Of a stretch of DNA of 58,306 nt, positions 45,104-53,296 are shown piece by piece. Position 1 is the stretch's first letter; the number at the start of each line of letters is the position of its first letter. The stretch spans positions 1 to 58,306 of IMG/VR virus record IMGVR_UViG_3300005805_000003; one strand, written 5' to 3'. The position numbers and the translations under genes are program-made. The notes under the pieces were generated by a model, which saw only the letters and a list, made by a program, of their open reading frames with translations, searched no databases and was not told where the DNA came from. The DNA comes from a virus. Taxonomy: Duplodnaviria > Caudoviricetes.

Positions 45104-45281
45104 GTGGATTGAGTGCCAATACGACGATGACGGGGAGGTTACTAACCCCGAGTACGTCAACGCGCCAGACGACTCTTTCTGGTGGATCGACAAGAGCAAC
45201 AGACTGCACGTAGTGCTGATGAAGTCCTCTATCTGGTTCCGCCCTGACCGCATCGCGCGCGTGGAGCATCCAGATGACTGA
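45090..45281 (+). CDS. Hypothetical protein
   Basis: 63 aa, RBS GGAG, overlaps neighbours. Confidence 0.5.
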   Translation: MTTTKWIECQYDDDGEVTNPEYVNAPDDSFWWIDKSNRLHVVLMKSSIWFRPDRIARVEHPDD

Positions 45282-45444
45282 CAGCGCAGCGGCTCACTGC
45301 AAGCGAGTGGGCATCACGGCCAAGGCGCTGGCTGGGTATCACGATGTACCACCCGACCGGGTGAGTTACTGGTACAGAACAAACAGAGAAACATTCGATC
45401 GCAAATTGGCAGAGGCGGCGGTGGCCGCGAGGGGGAGGCGATGA
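45274..45444 (+). CDS. 56-aa HTH-like protein (not in ORF track)
   Basis: MTDSAAAHCKRVGITAKALAGYHDVPPDRVSYWYR...; bridges the flanking ORFs with overlaps. Confidence 0.5.
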   Translation: MTDSAAAHCKRVGITAKALAGYHDVPPDRVSYWYRTNRETFDRKLAEAAVAARGRR

Positions 45445-45638
45445 GTCACAGTCATACAGACACAACTGCGTTAGAAGCAGCGCGTCGTGCCGCTATTGAG
45501 TGCTCGTACCGTTCCGGCTGCGTGACGGTAACGAAGTACGCAGCAAGCACCAACCCCAGAGCTGACATAGAGAACGCAATTAAATTTTTACAGGCTCTGC
45601 AGCAGGTGGAGGATAAAAAAAATGAACAAAGAAGATGA
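45441..45638 (+). CDS. Hypothetical protein
   Basis: RBS GGAGG, ATGA overlap. Confidence 0.55.
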   Translation: MSHSHTDTTALEAARRAAIECSYRSGCVTVTKYAASTNPRADIENAIKFLQALQQVEDKKNEQRR

Positions 45639-45783
45639 TCGACTGATGGGTACGATTCTTGTTTTTCTGATATGCGTCCTAGTAGTCCTCTGGGGGACAC
45701 GGGATGCCGAGGTGGCCGAGGTGCGTCACGCGATGGAAGCAAGCTACGGTGAAGAGCCGAAGCCGGAGGGGCACGGAAGATGA
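45622..45783 (+). CDS. 53-aa single-TM membrane protein (not in ORF track)
   Basis: MNKEDDRLMGTILVFLICVLVVLWG...; RBS GGAGG. Confidence 0.5.
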   Translation: MNKEDDRLMGTILVFLICVLVVLWGTRDAEVAEVRHAMEASYGEEPKPEGHGR

Positions 45784-45843
45784 AGCACAACCAACACTAT
45801 CTAACTTTTATTCTGCACCGCATTAGGTGCAGGGAGCTAGGAA

Positions 45844-46197
45844 ATGAGTGACTTGTTAAACACACTGAAACGCGCTCACGAAGCGGCGCAATCTATCCCT
45901 GAACTCGAAATAGAGCTGCGGGAGGTCTTGGCAGACATGGGCTATACGCTTGGCAAGCTGAGTCCGTTTTTGGATGACGAAGCAGAACTTGCCGAGGACA
46001 TGAACGACTGGCGCAACTGGCGTTTCGGCGATACCGTCATCGACTCACAGCTGGACTGCATGGCAACACGACAGGTCATAAGGATCGAAGATCTCGATTA
46101 CATAGGCGAGCAGCCCGTGGAACTCACACATTCCCAGAAGCATTACTGGCCGCACATCAAAAATCTAACGTGGCACAGCCGTCCGGCGCAGGAGTAA
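45844..46197 (+). CDS. Hypothetical protein
   Basis: 117 aa; M.DWRNW..GD motif; RBS GGAG. Confidence 0.6.
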   Translation: MSDLLNTLKRAHEAAQSIPELEIELREVLADMGYTLGKLSPFLDDEAELAEDMNDWRNWRFGDTVIDSQLDCMATRQVIRIEDLDYIGEQPVELTHSQKHYWPHIKNLTWHSRPAQE

Positions 46198-46250
46198 CAC
46201 CGGCAACCCGCTCGCCGGCTTAAGAGCGGGAACTTATGGAGATAAAACCC

Positions 46251-46409
46251 ATGAAAGATGAATACGTAATTTTCACTGACTTAACTGCAATACGCATACT
46301 GACTGAAATGATCACAGATAAAACAACACCGGACGAGGCGCTGAAGTACACGCAAGCGGTGCTGAACCTTGCACACGCCGAGGCAACGCTGGCGAACATG
46401 CATAAATAA
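46251..46409 (+). CDS. 52-aa hypothetical protein (not in ORF track)
   Basis: ...DEALKYTQAVLNLAHA...; RBS GGAG. Confidence 0.55.
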   Translation: MKDEYVIFTDLTAIRILTEMITDKTTPDEALKYTQAVLNLAHAEATLANMHK

Positions 46410-46462
46410 AACCACGCTGCTAGGGATGGCGGCATTTAGCGCCACGGCGCAGGAGAATAAAC

Positions 46463-46636
46463 ATGGACTATAAAGAATCAGCCCTGTACGCACGGGGGCA
46501 GAAGTACAAACAGTTTGGCGAGATGCTGATGGACGAGAACACAACCATCGTGGAGCTGTCAGCGTTTGCATTTGAAAACGGGTTTGAATTTGAACTGTGG
46601 GTTGAGTCTGCTACTAAGCCGCAGGAGAATAAATGA
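46463..46636 (+). CDS. 57-aa hypothetical protein (not in ORF track)
   Basis: MDYKESALYARG...; RBS AGGAG; ATGA overlap with the next gene. Confidence 0.55.
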   Translation: MDYKESALYARGQKYKQFGEMLMDENTTIVELSAFAFENGFEFELWVESATKPQENK

Positions 46637-46842
46637 ACAAGTACAGAAGCTACCTTGACGACAAACCCAAGCCCTTGGCCGAGGACCCCGGCGCGAAGAT
46701 CGCGCAGGACATCAAAGCCTATCTGGCTAAGGGCGGCAAGATAACGGACGTGCCCACCGGGTACTCAAAGTTCAGCGAAGTGCCTATGCGCAGCTGGATC
46801 AACGAATCGCGCTTGCGCAAGATTAGTGAGGGGAAGGGATGA
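46633..46842 (+). CDS. SutA-like RNA-polymerase-binding small protein
   Basis: IAQDIKAYLAKGGKITDVP resembles the SutA core (L...MEEFL.RGG.V..I). Confidence 0.5.
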   Translation: MNKYRSYLDDKPKPLAEDPGAKIAQDIKAYLAKGGKITDVPTGYSKFSEVPMRSWINESRLRKISEGKG

Positions 46843-47342
46843 TAACTGTTTCGTTAGCGGAAATTAAAGACCACGCTCCTTCAATCAAGGGCTGGAAAAC
46901 GCTACTAAAAACAAAGGGCGGTGCTCGCAAAGCAAATATGGGCTTGCAGTTCCCGATTGTGGAAGTTTTAGATTTGTACGATTTTTTCGACACACTGCAG
47001 GTCTTGGGCTGTCGTCCTGAGCATGATGAGTTGTGGCAAGAGTACGCTGTGTGGTGCGCTCAACAAGTCGAACATTTAATTGATGTAGAGCATAAAGGAG
47101 CCAAGGGTAAAGCCGCCATAAAAGCTGAAAAGGCCGCATTTTTTGCTGTTGAGGCTGCAAAAATAGCCGCTTGTAAAGATGCTGGAAGCAATGTGTGGAT
47201 AGTTGCCATGTATGCAAAAAACGCTGCGCGGATGGCGGGATGGAGTGCTGATAATACCAACGGTGGTGCTGTAGCTGCGGCTGCCGCTATTGCTGCGCAG
47301 AAAAGCCAGCTCTTAAAAATGATTGCGAGGACAGAGACATGA
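46839..47342 (+). CDS. Conserved Ala-rich phage protein
   Basis: L.EI..H.P...GW..LL, YAVWCA.QV, Ala-rich C-terminus. Confidence 0.6.
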   Translation: MITVSLAEIKDHAPSIKGWKTLLKTKGGARKANMGLQFPIVEVLDLYDFFDTLQVLGCRPEHDELWQEYAVWCAQQVEHLIDVEHKGAKGKAAIKAEKAAFFAVEAAKIAACKDAGSNVWIVAMYAKNAARMAGWSADNTNGGAVAAAAAIAAQKSQLLKMIARTET

Positions 47343-47938
47343 AAGACTACGCATTACAGATAAAAATAAAAAACAACTATCTCCTGCAGATGATGAAGCG
47401 GCGAGACATATTTACTGTTTCTGAGTTATCCCGACAGGTCGGTGTGACTTATACAACTCTCGGCAAACTATTAGGACTGAAGCTGCCTGCTTACGGTTCC
47501 TCCGGCAAGCTGCTGCCCTGCGTCACCAAGCTGTGTGAGTTCTTTGACTGCCTGCCAGAGGATCTGTTTCCAGAGCAGCATCTTCAGGAGAGCCTGCCTA
47601 TTAATAAAGTGCTCATCGAAGCTAACGCAGAAGATCTAATCCCCCTGTCCATGCGCCTTGCCAGTCAAGACCCACTGGATCTGCTGATACAAGAGGAGGA
47701 GGAAGAGCGCACCACGACACTGGTGACAGAGGCCGTGGCTGGGCTCAGATTGAAAGATCGCGTTATCCTTAAGCATCGTTTTGGGCTGGACCGGGATAGC
47801 CCTGCAACACTTACGGAGGTTGCAGAACGACTAGCCTTTTCACGCGAAAGGGTTCGGCAGATCGAAGCGCGAGGTCTGCGCACCCTGCGGAACCCGAGGC
47901 GCGCATTGGGTGCGTTTATGGAGGAGACAAATGGCTAA
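47339..47938 (+). CDS. XRE-HTH plus sigma70 region-4 transcription factor
   Basis: N-terminal HTH (SELSRQVGV...TL, KLCEFF....DLF); C-terminal RFGL.....TL.EVA.....SRERVRQIE.RGLR.LR. Confidence 0.8.
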   Translation: MKDYALQIKIKNNYLLQMMKRRDIFTVSELSRQVGVTYTTLGKLLGLKLPAYGSSGKLLPCVTKLCEFFDCLPEDLFPEQHLQESLPINKVLIEANAEDLIPLSMRLASQDPLDLLIQEEEEERTTTLVTEAVAGLRLKDRVILKHRFGLDRDSPATLTEVAERLAFSRERVRQIEARGLRTLRNPRRALGAFMEETNG

Positions 47939-48122
47939 AACAGTGACGTTTTTACAGTCGTTCACCACGCTGCCCGATGCCGAGGACTTCCAGAAGCGAA
48001 TCAAGGGGCCATCGATCATCATCCACCTCTGGCGCGAGGATGGTAAGGACCTCTTTGCCTTGGTCAGCGCAGCCGATGCCAAATGGATAACAGATGAAAT
48101 TGAGCGGGTGGAGGAGACATGA
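47931..48122 (+). CDS. Hypothetical protein
   Basis: RBS GGAGGAG, overlaps neighbours. Confidence 0.55.
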   Translation: MAKTVTFLQSFTTLPDAEDFQKRIKGPSIIIHLWREDGKDLFALVSAADAKWITDEIERVEET

Positions 48123-48409
48123 AAAAACGCATCCACGTGAACCAGCACAACATCCGCGCCAATAGCAAAGGCGCCGACCTGCCAGTGCTCACCATGAAGA
48201 CCAGCAAGGGCAACATCAAGTGCAATCGAGTCGATGTCCACGGTCCAAGCACCGTGGTCTACTCACCCGACAAGCCGCTCGCCTGCGGGGCCAAGGTGTG
48301 GATCGAAACCGATGCTGAGGTCACGGTCCACGGTCGCGCAGAAGGCGATCAAGCAGAAATAAGCCCCTGCTCAATCAGTGACGCTGCCATGCGCCCAAAC
48401 GAGCCCTGA
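48119..48409 (+). CDS. Conserved phage hypothetical protein
   Basis: IHVNQH.I, GPS.VVYSPDKPL.CGAKVWIET. Confidence 0.7.
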   Translation: MKKRIHVNQHNIRANSKGADLPVLTMKTSKGNIKCNRVDVHGPSTVVYSPDKPLACGAKVWIETDAEVTVHGRAEGDQAEISPCSISDAAMRPNEP

Positions 48410-48519
48410 AGCTGGTAGGCGAGCCCGGTGTCGTGCAGGTGTTGCCACGCATCCAGCACCTCTTCCTCAGTGCCTTCTTCAAAGCCCTCTGCGAGGGCTA
48501 CTGCTTGGTAGTTGTTCAT
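48349..48519 (-). CDS. 56-aa conserved small phage protein (not in ORF track)
   Basis: MNNYQAVALAEGFEEGTEEEVLDAWQHLHDTGLAYQLQGSFGRMAASLIEQGLISA; RBS GAGGAG. Confidence 0.7.
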   Translation of the reverse strand: MNNYQAVALAEGFEEGTEEEVLDAWQHLHDTGLAYQLQGSFGRMAASLIEQGLISA

Positions 48520-48561
48520 GTTGTTTCTCCTCAGATTGTGCCCATCCTTGGGCAGGTTGGT

Positions 48562-49386
48562 TTACAGTGCCCACTTTTCAAGGCAAATCGGACCGATGCC
48601 CAGCTCAATGCTTTTTGGGTCGGTCAGCTCGCGACCGCAGCAGGAGCAGTTGCCGGTGTTGCGACCGTGTGCAATTGCAGCCGCTTTTGGGTCTGCAGCA
48701 ATCGCGATCAGCTCCGCTTCGATTTCAGCACGAGCAGAGCGCAGGCCGAAGAACTTGCCTGCTGCTGTGATCTTGCCAGCGTACTCGCCCTCGTCTTTCA
48801 CATACAGACATCCAGCGTTGTTGCCGGTAGCTGGCGCAATGCTGATAGCAAGCTTGTCAGCGCGCAGCACCGGCTTCTTGAGGCCCTTAGCTAGGACGCC
48901 AGCGAACAGCTCATTGATGCGCGCAAGATCGATTATGGCGCGTGCTGAGTTGATCTGAGCGCGCTGAGCTTGGCGCTCGGCATTCTTTTTCTCCGCTGCG
49001 TAAGCAGAAGAAAATTGGCGCTCGGTCAGGTCACCATACTTTTTAACGGAGCGAATCAGGTCTCCAGAGAATGCGTTCCAGCTTGATGACTCGATCAAAA
49101 AAGTCGCCAGTGCAGCGTGCTTGGAAGAGAACTCGCTCCAGCGCGATTCTTCTTTGTTCGCCTCGCGCTGAACACGCTGCTCGCGCGCCTTGCTACGCGC
49201 CACAGCGGAGGTCTTGAAGAAGCCTTTGCCGCCACACGCGAAGCAGTCGCTGCGCTCTTGATGAACTCGCACGCCTTGATACAAGCCACTGCCATTGCAG
49301 GCGGTGCAGGTGTGCTGGACCTTAGCTGTTTCCCGCGTAGTGGGGATACTGTCGAAATCTGATTCCAAGTCGTCGAAGTTAATCAT
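48562..49386 (-). CDS. Zinc-finger protein (CxxCxGxG repeats plus C-terminal DUF6011-like)
   Basis: CTACNGSG...CFACGGKG; CSCCGRELTDPKSIELGIGPIC; start set from RBS and promoter. Confidence 0.75.
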   Translation of the reverse strand: MINFDDLESDFDSIPTTRETAKVQHTCTACNGSGLYQGVRVHQERSDCFACGGKGFFKTSAVARSKAREQRVQREANKEESRWSEFSSKHAALATFLIESSSWNAFSGDLIRSVKKYGDLTERQFSSAYAAEKKNAERQAQRAQINSARAIIDLARINELFAGVLAKGLKKPVLRADKLAISIAPATGNNAGCLYVKDEGEYAGKITAAGKFFGLRSARAEIEAELIAIAADPKAAAIAHGRNTGNCSCCGRELTDPKSIELGIGPICLEKWAL

Positions 49387-49429
49387 GGTCGTACCCTCTG
49401 AGGCCGCGCCAATCGCTGCCGATATGAGA

Positions 49430-49458
49430 ATAGTAAAGCAGTACATACGCGATTGCAA
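49430..49458 (-). promoter_or_regulatory. Early sigma70 promoter A with overlapping inverted repeat
   Basis: TTGCAA-17 bp-TACTAT; inverted repeat cgcgattgca (49448-57) / tgcaatcgcg (49470-79). Confidence 0.65.
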
Positions 49459-49485
49459 CACTTTTTGTATGCAATCGCGAATATA

Positions 49486-49716
49486 TTATACCCTGAACCC
49501 GTAGCTGCCACGCGGTGCCGACAGCGGCTCCAGCGCGTCCAGCTGTGCGTCGAACCCGGCGTAGAACTCCGTCTGGCCCTCGTAGTCGAGCTGGGACAGT
49601 ATCACGAACCTAGCTGCCAGAACGCCGCCACGCGCTGCTATGGTGGTCTGAGCGTGCAGCTCAGTTGCCAGATCCGCGCCCAGCTTTTGTGCCGCTTTCT
49701 TTGATGTCTTGATCAT
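49486..49716 (-). CDS. Early hypothetical protein
   Basis: 76 aa, RBS GGGAG. Confidence 0.55.
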   Translation of the reverse strand: MIKTSKKAAQKLGADLATELHAQTTIAARGGVLAARFVILSQLDYEGQTEFYAGFDAQLDALEPLSAPRGSYGFRV

Positions 49717-49757
49717 GGTGGTGCTCCCAGTAGTGGTGGCCGTTTGTGGCCGGGTAA

Positions 49758-49961
49758 TTAAATTAAGTCTTCTGCTGCCTCGATCACGAGGCGAGTCAGG
49801 TCTTCTGTGCTGGTGCTGGTCGGGTGAACGAAGATCGAGTTGATCTTATCGAACCCGTCGTCGCCGCCGAAGTAGACGTAGCCTTGGCCTCGCACGACTT
49901 CGATATCCAGTGCTGGGTAGGCGGCCTTGATGGCTCGATTGACTGCTGCGAAATTTGCCAT
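49758..49961 (-). CDS. Early hypothetical protein
   Basis: 67 aa, RG.GYVYF, RBS AAGGAG. Confidence 0.6.
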   Translation of the reverse strand: MANFAAVNRAIKAAYPALDIEVVRGQGYVYFGGDDGFDKINSIFVHPTSTSTEDLTRLVIEAAEDLI

Positions 49962-50002
49962 GCTCGTGCTCCTTTTTGGGTGGCCGTCCTTGGCCGGGTT
50001 GG

Positions 50003-50491
50003 TTATTTTACGTTACACAACACACGCTGATGCAGGCGCTGGATGTTGTAGCCTCCAGCAAGAACGACATCAACTGTCACAGTGCGGTTGCCGTTAATCA
50101 CAAAGAGTCCTCGAAATCCGTCAGGTGTGTAGCAGACACTGGCAGACTCAACAGACTCAACGCCTGACTTAAGCAATTTTGCTGCAATCTTGGCGGTGCG
50201 TTTTGCCGCTACAGCGGCAGCGTTTTTACGTACATATTCTTCGATGCCTGCGCTGTTGTAGCCCATGAAGACCGCGTACCAAGTCTTGCCACCAGCAATC
50301 GCGTTTAGACGGGGGTACAGACCACCCCAAGGGCCTTGCTTACGCAGCTCGTTATACTCTTCAGTTTTAAAAAACTCCTTCAGCGCATCGCGACGCCCAA
50401 GCGCCCAACGCACATCGTCATCGGCGATCTTAGTGTCCTGTTCGGCAAAAAAGGTTTCTAACGAAGCGATAATGTTCTTGATTGCGTTCAT
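50003..50491 (-). CDS. Early conserved hypothetical protein
   Basis: C-terminal AGGYNIQRLH.R motif; RBS GAGGAG. Confidence 0.7.
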   Translation of the reverse strand: MNAIKNIIASLETFFAEQDTKIADDDVRWALGRRDALKEFFKTEEYNELRKQGPWGGLYPRLNAIAGGKTWYAVFMGYNSAGIEEYVRKNAAAVAAKRTAKIAAKLLKSGVESVESASVCYTPDGFRGLFVINGNRTVTVDVVLAGGYNIQRLHQRVLCNVK

Positions 50492-50531
50492 TTCTCATCT
50501 CCTCAGGCCGCGACACGCCGCCGATGTGAGT

Positions 50532-50560
50532 AATATAATCGATCATATACATGAACACAA
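50532..50560 (-). promoter_or_regulatory. Early sigma70 promoter B (paralogue of promoter A)
   Basis: TTGTGT-17 bp-TATATT within a block similar to 49400-49487. Confidence 0.6.
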
Positions 50561-50603
50561 CACTTTTTATACGCAATCGTAAATATATTTAACAACAGTC
50601 AGT

Positions 50604-50632
50604 TTGACAGGTGTTGCTATCGTGTATAAGAT
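50604..50632 (+). promoter_or_regulatory. Sigma70 promoter for HTH regulator 2
   Basis: TTGACA-17 bp-TAAGAT, then RBS AGGAG. Confidence 0.7.
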
Positions 50633-50665
50633 TGCACACGGTCAAACACACACAGGAGATATGCG

Positions 50666-50845
50666 ATGTACACACTGGAAGAGGTAAGAGAAAAGTTGCA
50701 GCAAAGGCGGCTGCCGGAAATAGCCAAGGCCACCGGGCTCAGTTATGGCACGGTGCGCAAGTTGGCTGCGGGGGATGACAAGAGCGTGTCCTACGCCGTC
50801 GTCAAGAAGCTGAGTGATGAGCTCAAGCTGCTTGAGACGGTTTGA
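50666..50845 (+). CDS. Cro/XRE-like HTH regulator 2, 59 aa (not in ORF track)
   Basis: MYTLEEVREKLQQRRLPEIAKATGLSYGTVRKLAAG...; stop abuts the convergent stop at 50846. Confidence 0.8.
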   Translation: MYTLEEVREKLQQRRLPEIAKATGLSYGTVRKLAAGDDKSVSYAVVKKLSDELKLLETV

Positions 50846-53284
50846 TTAGCCGAACGGGAACAGCTGCCGGTACATCTCATTGGCGGCAAGCTGAGGAGGA
50901 GGTGGCGCCTGCCCACCAGCCGCAGCAGCCGGCATGTCTACACCCGGTACGCCTCGGGTAGGCGAGGTCCTGGGTTGAACGCGCGCTTGTGGGGGGATAG
51001 CAGCGGGTGACATCTCCTGCTCTTCCTGCGCGTCTGGCGTTGCCCCAAAGCCGACACCGCCGCCAAGCGTAAGCCTGTCTACAGTTGTTGGGGTTGTTGG
51101 GATGGCACCGTCAACGGCGCTCATGGCCCTGCTCACGCCGTAAGACTCCTTCACGCCCTTGAACAAGAACCACTCCCCAGCTGCGCGAGCAACGTCCGTT
51201 CGCCCCATCATGCGGAACAAACTGCCAAGCATGCTACCAACGACTGCACCTGAATTTGATCGGTTCTTTTCCGTGCGCATCATGCGCGCCGTGGTGGACG
51301 CCAGCGAGTTCATTACCCGGCGCTCTTCAGGGGTGAAAAGCGTGCGTATTAACTCTGGATTTCTACGCTGAGCATCTGCCCACTCGCGGGAAAACGTATT
51401 GGATACCTTCCCGCTGGCGTTGGAGACAATGCCATCCGAGATCATCATGAACGCTTCCTGACGCAGCAAGTCCCACTCTGCTGCAGGCAGCTGATTCTTC
51501 AGCGTAGTAAGCGTCCTGATCGCCTCTGGCCTGCTTATCAGTCCCGAGAATGTTGATCCAAGAATCGATTTTGCCGCAGCCTGCGGGGGCACAACGAGTG
51601 TTTTTACGCCGTCAATCATACCCTCTCTGGTAAGAGCGTTAAGAATACCGCCCTGACTGTCCCAGAGATTTTTAAATCCTGTGTAATTTTTTATAGCATC
51701 AGCCCACAAGCCGACGGCCTCATTGTTTCCGTAAAATAGATTATGCTCTGCCATGTCGTACAGTTTTTGATCAAGCTGCTTAACGGCCTGACTGGCAGCT
51801 GCTCCTTCACTGCCGAGGTTTGCCGCCTGATTACTCAGCTGCGTGCGAATCGCCTGAATGTCGTCAAGAGATCCGCCGTTCACAAACAGCTCGTCTAGAT
51901 CGTCTAGAATGCCGTATGTTGTTGGTGCCGATCGCGGGTTGAAGTTAGGTCTTAGGCCGGCAATTATCTCGGCGCCGAAAGTGGACGCTTGTGCAGGATC
52001 TGCATATGCTGCACCAGCATCGCGTGCCTGTATGTACAGCAGATCTGCCTTTTCTTTGGCAGCAGCTCGCGCAGCAACAAGAGCCGCTTGCACGGCTGCA
52101 CCGCCTTCGGTGCGAGCAGCGCGAGGACCGCCGCCGGCAATCACTCTCTGAATTTCATCTACGTTCTCGCGAACAGCCGCTTCCTGCGCATCGATTTGAG
52201 CGCGTATTATGTCTTGCGCCTTTTCCCCATAAACGCCCTTCTGTGCGAGATCCTCGAACAGCTGCTGCTCCATGTTGCCGGTGAGCTGGCCTTGTGTCAT
52301 AGGCACCGGCACAGGCAGCCCCTGAGACTGCATCTGCGCCAAGGCATCAGCCGGCAAGGAACCCGCACGAATCTTTTCAGCGATGTCCTCAAAGACGTTT
52401 ACCTGCACCTGATCTGGATCGATTCCTACACTGCGCAGGTATCGAATTGCCTCTGGTGTCAGCTCAGCATCTCGATTTATAACGCGACCCGGCGATTGAT
52501 CGAACAGCTCACTGACTTTTCCGCCGATGCCTTTAAATATTTGTCCGAGACCGTAAAAAGCAGAGCCAAAAATACCGCCCTCGATGACTGGTCTGGCCGT
52601 CATAGCCTCGCCAGCAGACAAAGCTGACAGAGCCTCAGCCCCGCCGGCCTCAGTGGTGGCAACGGCAGTGGATCTCAACCCAAGCATACTGGGAACGCCA
52701 AGGGCACCCATTCCAGCCTCTATCAAGGGGGCTGCTGCAACCGCACCGGACAGCTGCGTTACAGTTGGCATGTCTAGGCCACGAGGATTTGGGTAAAACG
52801 TCTTGAACCCAAGCATTTTGCCTTGCTTGTCTTTCACCGGAACGCTCACGATCACGTTGCCAAACGAATCTCGGCTTGTCTGTGCGTTGGGCATAATCTC
52901 CACGATACCACGCTCAATCCGCGCAGGATCGAGAGTTGTGCCCACCAGTGCCATGAGGCGCGCCTGATCTGCTGCTGGCAAGTTCAGTTCGCGCACACCA
53001 AGACCCTGTCCAAGAATTGGCAGCTGCGGGTATGTCACCTTCGCACCACGGGTCCAGTCAAAAATGTCACGGCTTGTGGTCGCGGCAACGTCTGCCGCCT
53101 TACCTGCTGCAGAGTAAATCTGAGCCTTTAACCCTTGTGGATCTTCACCGCTGACAATTCTTATGCCGCGATCAGACATGGCTGCGTAGTTGCCCTGACC
53201 GTAAAAACCGAGGTCAGCATCAGACAGCTTGCTAAGGTCAACGGTGGCAGGTGTCTGTCCGGGGGTGTTTTCTTCAGCCATCAT
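50846..53284 (-). CDS. Putative ejection (DNA transfer) protein, 812 aa
   Basis: Large helical Ala/Gly-rich protein with hydrophobic stretches; last gene of the late arm; ends LFPFG. Confidence 0.55.
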   Translation of the reverse strand: MMAEENTPGQTPATVDLSKLSDADLGFYGQGNYAAMSDRGIRIVSGEDPQGLKAQIYSAAGKAADVAATTSRDIFDWTRGAKVTYPQLPILGQGLGVRELNLPAADQARLMALVGTTLDPARIERGIVEIMPNAQTSRDSFGNVIVSVPVKDKQGKMLGFKTFYPNPRGLDMPTVTQLSGAVAAAPLIEAGMGALGVPSMLGLRSTAVATTEAGGAEALSALSAGEAMTARPVIEGGIFGSAFYGLGQIFKGIGGKVSELFDQSPGRVINRDAELTPEAIRYLRSVGIDPDQVQVNVFEDIAEKIRAGSLPADALAQMQSQGLPVPVPMTQGQLTGNMEQQLFEDLAQKGVYGEKAQDIIRAQIDAQEAAVRENVDEIQRVIAGGGPRAARTEGGAAVQAALVAARAAAKEKADLLYIQARDAGAAYADPAQASTFGAEIIAGLRPNFNPRSAPTTYGILDDLDELFVNGGSLDDIQAIRTQLSNQAANLGSEGAAASQAVKQLDQKLYDMAEHNLFYGNNEAVGLWADAIKNYTGFKNLWDSQGGILNALTREGMIDGVKTLVVPPQAAAKSILGSTFSGLISRPEAIRTLTTLKNQLPAAEWDLLRQEAFMMISDGIVSNASGKVSNTFSREWADAQRRNPELIRTLFTPEERRVMNSLASTTARMMRTEKNRSNSGAVVGSMLGSLFRMMGRTDVARAAGEWFLFKGVKESYGVSRAMSAVDGAIPTTPTTVDRLTLGGGVGFGATPDAQEEQEMSPAAIPPQARVQPRTSPTRGVPGVDMPAAAAGGQAPPPPQLAANEMYRQLFPFG

Positions 53285-53296
53285 AAACTCCGTTTA

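Noticed and set aside
46723-46740. LAKGG as another cargo GG motif
   Set aside because: Better explained as part of the SutA-like core in a non-structural gene; it also shows the short motif can arise in other contexts
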